Assembly (NCBI GenBank): GCA_009914755.4
Contig: CP086569.2
Coordinates: forward strand, 14,944,001 to 15,008,000
Origin: the human T2T-CHM13v2.0 reference genome, Homo sapiens
DNA length: 64,000 nucleotides
Direction: 5' to 3'
In this document: one piece after another, positions 50,446 through 64,000 of the stretch
How positions within the stretch are numbered: the first letter of the stretch is position 1
Layout: the number at the start of each line of letters is the position of its first letter
Notes under the pieces: model-generated
Told to the model about the DNA's origin: nothing
The model's input: only the letters and a program-made list of their open reading frames with translations
Databases searched by the model: none
Made by a program: the position numbers and the translations under genes

Positions 50446-52799
50446 GAGATCATACATATATTCAGGATGAATAAATCACATATTTTATAAATATATTATA
50501 TATTTATTAATAACGAGTACACACAAAGTGCTTTAACATTCATTCATTCATTCATTCACCCACTCACTTTTAGGGCCCAGGACATGGACATAGAGTAGTT
50601 TTTCTCCGTGTCCCTATTATGCCAGCTCAAGGAATTGATGATCTCACAACAAAAGAACCGTGTTTTAAGAACTCCTTGGCTAATAGAATCGAGGCAGTGT
50701 CTCTGTTCTGATCTCATCTGTCCTTATGATTGTCTTTTCTTGAGCTTTCCTGACCTTTGGAATTCTTTCTTTTCTCTCTAGTGCAAAACATAACAGGCTT
50801 CAGGTAATATGAGAACGTATGCTTTGATACAGCAGAAGGTAATGGGTTTAAAGTAGAAAATTCAACATATTTGGGCACTGTCATTTGAAATACTTAATGA
50901 AATGTTGAATTGACAAGTATAATTACTTTGCCACTTAATAAATTGGAATATTTTTCCTCGATGTCCCTATTACACCAGTCTTTCACTTGCAAATTAAGAA
51001 CCTTTCTGTCTTAGAAGGGGAAGCAAGTGGTAGAGGCTCCAGGTTCTCTTCCAATATACACTTCTTCTTCCTTAGTAAAGGAATCCCAATTTTTATCTGG
51101 ACCTATGGCTGTACAGCTAGGTTATATATCCCAGCTTCCCTTGGAGTTAGGTGTGGCCATTTATTTCACTGTCGGGCAATGACAGGTGAGCTGAATAACT
51201 GTGGGACTTACAGTACAAGGAAGGTTGTATACTTTTCCATTTTTCCTGTTACCCAAAACTTAGATACGATTACTGGAGCTCCAGCAGCTATTGTTCATCA
51301 TGAGGTCAAGGATCACACCCTGAAGATGGCCAAATAGTGAGCTGGAAATACCAAAGTCCTAAATGATTTGAGGAGTCTACCTTACCAGCCGGCCCTCTAT
51401 ATTCCTGTTACCAGACAAAAGTAGTAAAACTTTTGTTATTATTGTATACAACAGAATTCAATCCTATCTGCTGTAGGGGTTCTTACTTCCAATTTTCCAC
51501 GTGAGGAAATTGAGATACAGAGATGTCAATCTACTTCACTCAAGTCACCAAACTTGGAAGGGGGCAACTTCCCCAGGATGGTCCTTAATATTTCTATTTT
51601 TCCTATCCCTGTTGCTCCATTTTGCCCTTTAGTTCTTTTCAATGCATTTTAATTGCCCTTTAGTTCTTTTCAATTTTCAAACAATGCATTCCTCGTGTTA
51701 TTCCGGTCCAGCCCCAGTGCCACATCATGGGTGTGTGACAGGAAGACTAGCAATGTTTAAAAGGGCATGAGTGAGGAATCAGAGTTTCTAGTGAACTTAC
51801 CATGATGTGATTGAGTACTTTGGACAGGAAGAGAGTGACAGCCACAATTAAACAGCAGGAAATGCACAGGCCCAGAACTATGAGGAAGATGGAAAGTGAC
51901 CCACCCAAGCCCCTTGACCCTGGACAATGTCCCAGGACAGTGTCTTGCTGATCATGTGACTGTGCATAGGAGGCACATCATAATTACTTGTAGAGTTGAA
52001 CCTTATATCTTCAGACAGCATTCAGTTTTCTTCTGTTGTTTAATGGAGTCTGCAATAAAGGGGCCTCGTGCACATGACCAACAGGGAGCCACAGAAGCCT
52101 TGCATTGTTTATAACACCAGAAAGGGACAATTTGCAAGTCCTGTTCTCTGTTTAACACTAATTCTTCTTAAGTCTGATCACCTCCCACAGTCTAATAGGG
52201 TTTTTATGATGAGTTATTTCTTTCCTTTCCATTTTTCAGGAAAGTGTGAATGTTGCTTTAAATGCAGTGTTTTTCTGTGGGTATAAACTTTTTATGTGAT
52301 TTAAATTACATAAAAATTTCAGTCGTGCTGAAGACACCTCTCATATTCTAGACTTTGGTGTTTTCGTAGAGCTCAGGTTTTCATCTGTTTGTTGTCTTCG
52401 GTTGTTTCACCGAAGTGAGGAAGGTGGAGGTGGCTGAAGGGGAAAAGGGACTTAATGTTACTTATATTTGTGGCACTGAGTCAGGAAAGGCCGAGAAAAT
52501 GGAACTAAGCCAATGGGGGTGAAGTCTACTCTCTGCTTGTGACTTGTTAAATACACAGACCTTATTTCTAAATTGTTTCTCCTTGTTTCTAAATTGCAGA
52601 TATTAGTGGATTTTATTAAGGTATATTTATGGATCCAATATGTGCATTAAAATTTATTTATCAATCACTTAGAAGCATCATACCTTAATAAGACTTAAGA
52701 TTAACTTCAACCATGGCAAATACCAGTATGAGTCCTTTTGAAACCCTCTACCAGTACTTTAAAATGACGTGATGTCTTTGAAAATTTTTTTATTTTTAT

Positions 52800-52995
52800 T
52801 TTTTTAACCGGGGCAATATGGCAAAAACCCATTTCTACAAAAATTACGGAAGTATGGTGGCATGTACCTGCAGTCCCAGCTGCTTGGGAAGCTGAGGTGG
52901 GAGGATTACCTGAGTTTGGGGAGGTTGTGGTTGCAGTGAGCTATCATTACACCACTACACTCTGGCCTGGGCAACAGAGGGAAACCCAGAAAAAA
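52800..52995 (+). mobile_element. Old Alu (AluJ/FLAM-like) right-half fragment
   Basis: ...ggcaaaaacccatttctacaaaaattacggaagtatggtggcatgtacctgcagtcccagctgcttgggaagctgaggtgggaggattacctgagtttggggaggttgtggttgcagtgagctatcattacaccactacactctggcctgggcaacagagggaaacccagaaaaaaagaaaa. Confidence 0.75.
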
Positions 52996-55900
52996 AGAAA
53001 ATTGCTTTTTAAAAACATATTATTTTAAAAGTTCCTGTAGTTTTCTGTGGCTTCACCTTATGACTATTTTAGCACCTTACTTATAGTACATATTCATTAA
53101 TAAATGTATCAGTGAATAAATGGAAATAAATTGAAGTTTAGTCCTAGATTTTTCACTAATAATTTTTCTTTACTAAATATGAACTCTTTCCAATGGTAGA
53201 ATAAGCCCCAGGAATGTTTACATATTTAGGCCATGTTTTCACAGATTCTTGTCAATTTGGAATAAAAATGAGAATTTTCAAGAGGAATTATTAACTCATT
53301 TGTTTTAAGAGAGAGAATTAGCGTTGGCAGGTGACTAAAATACCAGAATAGAATCATCTCCAGAACTGACAGATGCAGATCAGAAGAAAAGCTGTAGGAT
53401 TTCGCATTGTTTCTTTTCATTTGAGTTGGAATTCAAGTAATATTTTGACTCTGTAGTATTACAAGATTGTTTCTTGGCTTTTTGGCTAAGATTAAGTGTA
53501 TGCTATAACAGGAACATGAAAATGCAACATTGTATTACCCTAGTCCATGTGGATTTTGCATTCTGGGTCATTTTTCCTTTCATTATTGATACTTCTGTCA
53601 GAAAGAGAATTGTGGAATACTCCATGTAACTGTGCTTTTATATGAGATTGATACTGTGGTCCTTAGGCTCCTATTTCCTCATGGCTTAGACTTTTTATAT
53701 GGAAATGCAGCTCTGTCACTGTCATAGCACACAGTGGTAGCTGGCCTTGCCACCAGCTAGATTTGGCTTGATGGAAACCTGAATATCAATTTCTAGTTAT
53801 TATGAAATAGACACTCTTATTCTTCAGTGACTTTTAAGAATTTTTTTTGAATTATCTGTTTAATTTTTGAAACATGTTAGTCTTCCAGGGACTATTTTCT
53901 ATATGGTGTTCATAGGTGATCATATGCTAAATAACCCTTTAGAGCCTTCTCAAAATTAGATATTTGGAGTCATCATTTTTAATCATCCTTCTGCAAAAAC
54001 TAAGAAGCAATCCACCAAGAATCAATACTTAGTAGAGGTTAGTATGTCAGGTTTCTCAATCTTTCTTGTAGATTGTATTTTTACTTGTGTTTCTTTGATT
54101 TAAATATCTCATCTGTCTCTTCTCTACACCATAAGTGGGAGATTCTCACCTGTGTCCAAGGAGGTGGGTGTCTCTTTGTCTCTTTCTCTTCTACTCTAGG
54201 AATTGTTAATCAAGACTATTGTCAGGTGTGGCTACCTGTAGGCTATCTCATGAAAAAAAGGGAGATATGTTTGCAAATATGAAATTATTGTTCAAATCAC
54301 ATTTACTTCTCTCTCACCCCTGATAAATCAATGCTAATTTGCCCTGCCCCATAGAGCATCCCTGAATTTTACAGTGTGTGAGAAAAAACTTGAAGTGAAA
54401 AGACAACTCTATCCCTTTTTCCTGTATATTCTATAGCAGTAGTATTCTCTGTAAAGTATCAGATAGTAAGTACTTTCATCATTGTCTCTGTCAGCACACC
54501 TACTCAGCTGCACCATTGTAGAGGGAAGCAGCAGCAGGCAGTATCTCAACAAAAGGTCCTGGCCATGTGCCAGTAAAACTTTATTTACAGAAGCAGATGG
54601 TGTGCCATAGTTTACCTCCCTATAGCAAGGAAAACTGCAAGCCTCAGTTTCCTCTTCTGTAACATGAGGGAACTGAATATAGGAGCATGACCTTTCTGCC
54701 TTATAGGGTTCTTGTAAACAGCATATTCAATTATACATGCAAAATCACTTTTAAATTATTACGCCCTGTGCCATCGTATTTATAATAATTATAGATAGCA
54801 ACATCTTATTCATTCTTCCAGCAAAGTATTTTTTATTTACTTGTTTTTTTGAGAAAAATATACCTTAAGAAAATGGAGCACTTCATTGAAGTTCTATCAG
54901 AAACATAATCCCAGCATCTATCACACATCCAGACAAACACTGAACACTCAGGGAAAGTTTGAAGAATGAATAAACTGGCCCTTCCAGTAGAGGTTAACCC
55001 ATCAGGTCCTTTGTTTTAAGTTGCTCACTCACATTATATAATAGCAGTTGCTTGAATTCACAAAACATGTTCTCAAGAGGTACTCCTAACGTATCGATAT
55101 ATAAAGCAAAGTTTAACAAGTACTGCCAGATGTTTAGCCTGTTTAGGTGTAACATGTGGACTTATCTCTTTAGAATTGATTCCATTAATTTTAGTTTTCA
55201 AAACTATACTTTCAGAGAACAATCACAGATGTCAACCACACAATTGGGCATGAGCTTTTTGTTGAGCTGTTGCTTATTTATGTGTCTTAGGACTCAAGCA
55301 TTGACTTGAATGTGGAGCACACAGAGAATGTGGTCAAAGATTAGAGAAAAGAACAGTAGGTCTAGCAGTGGGACTCAGAGGTGGTCACTGTACGGCATCT
55401 AATGAGTATGATTTTGAAACCATCTTGCCCTGGAATTTTTATGTACTTGCCTTCCCTTTTTCTTTGAGGATGATGGCGCTATGTGATGAAAACTGACAAA
55501 CACACAGGAAAACTCTAACAGGGTGGACTGGCAGTTACTTTTCTTTAGGACAATTCTGGGGCTGCAGAAGCTCATGGCAGTAGCTACCAGCATGTAAAAT
55601 GCTGTCAATGAAGCAAGGAGTTGGGAATGTCTCACAGCCATATGTTGTGAACAGCCAGATAATTCACGGACAGAATTATTTGTGCAAGATTTTAAATTAT
55701 CAGTAGAGCACAAGATACAAAATATTTCCACTTTTAATTTGAAGGTTGAAGAATATTTATTGTTTTGACGGTTGTTTCCAGAAACTTTGCTGGAATCTGC
55801 ATGCCTGAATAAATGTGTGGTTGTCCTGAGTGATTCAGCTTACGAGAGCATAAATCAGGAGTAAGAGGTATCACAGGTGCATATCTGAGCAGTGGTCATC

Positions 55901-56389
55901 AAGGATTGTGAAGGAGCTGGTATCATTAAAATTTAATCAGGTCATTTAATAAACTGCTGTGTATTTTCCTAGTCATTTTTCCAATCAGAACAAGCTAACA
56001 AGATTGAATATAATTTAGAAGAAGGGTTTTTGATTCTTTGAGACTGCAATCATTAACTCCAGAGTAAATTAGAACACTCTTCAATTTAATGAGCCAGATT
56101 GCCCTTCTTTTTATTAAGTTAAATAAATCAGAAGAGCTGTTACTTAAGCTTGTATATCTTTTAATATTTTCTGTTGAAACTTACATGAATTTTTAAATCA
56201 TTGATGACAGCTTCTGTTGACAATATGAAATAATTTTGGAAGCGGTCTTTTTCCTTTTGGTTATTATCCTATTCCAGAATTTGATATTTATACCTAAGGC
56301 AATCAGGAAAAAAAAAAAGAAAGTTCTGAAACAGAATCAGATATTTTGGGGTCTATTTTTTGCAAAACACCCTCTTTAAGATTATACCT

Positions 56390-56955
<566 letters not shown>

Positions 56956-57199
56956 TAAGTTTTAGGGTACATGTCCACAATGTGCAGGTTAGTTACATAT
57001 GTATAAATGTGCCATGCTGGTGTGCTGCACCTATTAACTCGTCATTTAGCATTAGGTGTATCTCCTAATGCTATCCCTCCCCGCTCCCCCCACCCTACAA
57101 CAGTCTCCAGAGTGTGATGTTCCCCTTCCTGTGTCCACGTGTTCTCATTGTTCAATTCCCACCTATGAGTGAGAACATGTGGTGTTTGGTTTTTTGTCC

Positions 57200-60978
<3,779 letters not shown>

Positions 60979-61227
60979 TATGATGTTAGCTGGTTATTTT
61001 GCTTGTTAGTTGATGCAGTTTCTTCCTAGCCTCGATGGTCTTTACATTTTGGCATGATTTTGCAGTGGCTGGTACCGGTTGTTCCTTTCCATGTTTAGTG
61101 CTTCCTTCAGCAGCTCTTTTAGGGCAGGCCTGGTGGTGACAAAATCTCTCAGCATTTGCTTCTCTGTAAAATATTTTATTTCTCCTTCACTTATGAAGCT
61201 TAGTTTGGCTGGATATGAAATTCTAGG

Positions 61228-62059
61228 TTAAAAATTCTTTTCTTTAAGAATGTTGAATATTGGCCCCCACTCTCTTCTGGCTTGTAGAGTTTCTACCGAG
61301 AGATGCACTGTTAGTCTGATGGGTTTCTCTTTGTGGGTATCCCAACCTTTCTCTCTGACTGCCCTTAATATTTTTTCCTTCATTTCAACTTTGGTGAATC
61401 TGACAATTATGTGCCTTGGAGTTTCTCTTCTCGTGGAGTATCTTTGTGATGTTCTCTGTATTTTCTGAATCTGAATGTTGGCCTGCCTTGCTAGTTTGGG
61501 GAAGTTCTCCTGGATAATATCCTGCATAGTGTTTTCCAACTTGGTTCCATTCTCCCCGTCACTTTCCAGTACACCAATCAGAGGTAGATTTGGTCTTTTC
61601 ACATAGTCCCATATTTCTTGAAGGCTTTGTTCATTTCTTTTTATTCTTTTTTCTCTAAACTTCTGTTCTCGCTTCATTTCATTCATTTCATGTTCCATCA
61701 CTGATACCCTTTCTTCCAGTTGATCACATTGGCTCCTGAGGCTTCTGCATTCTTCATGTCATTCTCGAGCCTTAGCTTTCAGCTCCATCAACTCCTTTAA
61801 GTACTTCTCTGTATTGGTTATTCTAGTTATACATTTGTCTAAATTTTTTTCAAAGTTTTCAGCTTCTTTGCCTGTGGTTTGAATTTCCTCCTGTAGCTCA
61901 GAGAAGTTTGATCGTCTGAAGGCTTCTTCTCTCAGTTCATCGAAGTCAGTCTCTGTCTACCTTTGTTCCATTGCTAGTGAGGAGCTGCATTCCTTTGCAG
62001 GAGGAGAGGCATGCGGCTTTTTAGAGTTTCCAGTTTTTCTGCTCTGTTTTTTCCCCATC
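61228..62059 (-). pseudogene. L1 ORF1 with premature stops in the N-terminal coiled-coil region
   Basis: The reverse complement from 62059 reads MGKKQSRKTGNSKKPHASPPAKECSSSLAMEQR* ...DFDELREEAFRRSNFSELQEEIQTTGKEAENFEKNLDKCITRITNTEKYLKELMELKAKARE*. The C-terminal 157 aa are intact (61228-61701). Confidence 0.8.
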
Positions 62060-63249
62060 TTTGTGGTTTTATCTACTTTTCATCTTTGATGATGGTGATA
62101 TACAGATGCGTTTTTGGTGTGGATGTCCTTCCTGAAAATGTACCAAACATTAGAACACATAGGTGGCTATAACATGCAACTGAAAACATAGTATAAAACC
62201 CCAAACCAATGCATGCAACCAAAAATATAGTACAAAATCACAAACCACTGCAAATCCATTCATGTATTCAGTTTTTAGTGTGTGAGGAGGGCTTTACAAA
62301 GACTGTCAGCTACAAACAACTTAATGGTGAAATGTAAGGAATGATATTGTGGTAAGCCATGTGATCTCCTTCAGCTCCTTCTCTCAGTTTCTGAGTGTTA
62401 AGGATGTTGTATTTGAAAGCAGACACTCCTGCTCTTTTACCACACACGAATTCTAGTTAAGCACCTGGTTCCCAGTTGGGAGAAAAATGATGACAATCTC
62501 CTCTGTTTTAAAGACACATGTCAAAGCTACATATCTGTGAATGACAACCTAATCAAAGCCCCTTCTGTTTCCTAATTTTTAAATGCTTACTTTAGGAGGA
62601 AAGATCTTGGTACTCTAAAATAAGCACAACATGCTGACCTACACTGAGATATTTTAAGGTTAAGACATCAATAGAAATATAATTGTAAATCCTAGTGGGC
62701 TTTTCTACCAGTTGTTAAGCAGGTATTCATATTCTGTTCATCTTTGAAAATATGTGGTTAGGTGGGCTGACTTTCCTGTCCACCACTCCTGTGGTCAGAA
62801 ATTCACATATAGCTTTTGACTCCCCCAGAACTTACTACTAAGAGCCTACCGTTGACTGGAAGACATACCAATAAGAATACAACAGTCCATTAGGACATAT
62901 TTTGTATGTTATGTAAATTATACACTGTATTCTCACAGTCAAGTAAGCTACAGAAAAGAAAATACTATTAAGAAAATCATAAGGAAGATAAAATATATTC
63001 ACTGTTTATTTAGTGAAAGTGGATCATCATAAGGATTTTTGTCCTCATCTTCACATTGACTATGCTGAGGAGGTGGAGGAAGAGGAGGGTTGGTCTTGCT
63101 GTCTCAGGGGTGGCAGAGACAGAAGACATAGAGGAAGTCTAAGGGAAGGCAGGAGAGGCAGGTCACATGGTGTACTTTTACTAAATAAATCCACATGGAC
63201 CCTCATAGTTCAAACCCGTTTTGTTCAAGGGTGAAGTGTACACTGACTC

Positions 63250-63760
63250 TAAGTAGGGTCCTTTAGCAGCAGGTAATAGACCCTGGCTGTGTTAAGTCAT
63301 ACAGAGCAGGTACTGGAAGCATATGATGTGAACATTTCCTACTATTGGCAGCTGGTAGGAGAACAGGCTTCTAAAACTCAGCTATTTGGCAACAGGTTGG
63401 CCATCCTAGGTCACTGTGGTTGCCACTGTTTCTAAGGTGACATTGACTTTCCTCAACCATTCTCTGTCCCATGGTGGCTTCCTTTTCAGGCACAGGTCAG
63501 GTGATCAGAGTCCATTTTCCAGTGGCATGACACACACCTTAGGTCCTCAGGGATATGTGCCCTTGCTTGTGCCACATAAAGTTGCAATGGTTTCCTTAAC
63601 TATTCCACTAGTGCTGGAATAATCACCATGATTATAAGTCCTCCCCAACCATGTGAAACAGTGAGCTTATTAAACCTCTTTCTTTTTTAAATTTCCCAGT
63701 CTCAGGCATGCCTTTTTCAGCAGTATTGAAATGGATACACAAACGTTTGTTCCTCCAGTC
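63250..63760 (+). mobile_element. Possible old MaLR (MLT1-like) LTR remnant
   Basis: The 3' end ...ataagtcctccccaaccatgtgaaacagtgagcttattaaacctctttcttttttaaatttcccagtctcaggcatg...cagcagtattgaaatggatacacaaac resembles MaLR LTR termini (…ctgtgagtcaattaaacctctttcctttataaattacccagtctc…gcagca…). Confidence 0.35.
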
Positions 63761-64000
63761 CTGATCAAAGTCTTTAACCATGGGTTGTCTATTTCTCAAA
63801 TTGTTCCTCTCCTATCCTGTGGCACAGATTAGCCTGAGAGCCTGGTTCCTTCAGTTCTAGAGCTACGGGGGCACAGCTAAGTCATGGAAACACCCATGCT
63901 TCATGTTAAGATCATGCCACACATTCTCCATGGCACCTAAATGGTGGCCCTCCATTTTCCATGTTCCTCAATTTACCCAAAGAACCTATCCTCTTCAGTT

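Overview
This window reads as human (hominid) genomic DNA and is almost entirely interspersed repeats. I recognise at least 17 Alu copies or fragments and four L1 copies. One L1 is a 5.2-kb 5'-truncated L1PA-type element on the minus strand with ORF1 and ORF2 remnants. There is one hominid-specific SVA, several MaLR (THE1/MST/MLT-type) solo LTRs, a MIR fragment, and a 3-kb LTR-less remnant of a gamma-retrovirus-like (class I) ERV pol gene with recognisable RT-thumb, RNase H and integrase segments. Microsatellites and minisatellites are frequent. The only convincing host gene is a compact two-exon gene at 18.9-19.6 kb in a CpG-rich promoter. It encodes a 125-aa basic/acidic protein of the VCX/VCY (variable charge X/Y, CRI-S232) family. 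The acidic decapeptide repeat array of VCX is absent, so the copy looks most like VCY. A ~1-kb strand-asymmetric G/A-rich 30-36-bp minisatellite (RU2-like) follows directly 3' of it, which is the known architecture of the S232 low-copy repeat. Other points worth a second look: (1) the gene's 192-nt intron is in frame and stop-free; (2) a composite duplicated patch sits inside the ERV integrase region; (3) there is a degenerate ~1.1-kb tandem array, a 48-bp-unit minisatellite and three pairs of low-copy direct repeats at 40-51 kb; (4) there is a chimeric head-to-head Alu. No rRNA, tRNA or CRISPR features exist (eukaryotic sequence). All calls rest on by-eye recognition of consensus sequences and are not alignment-verified.
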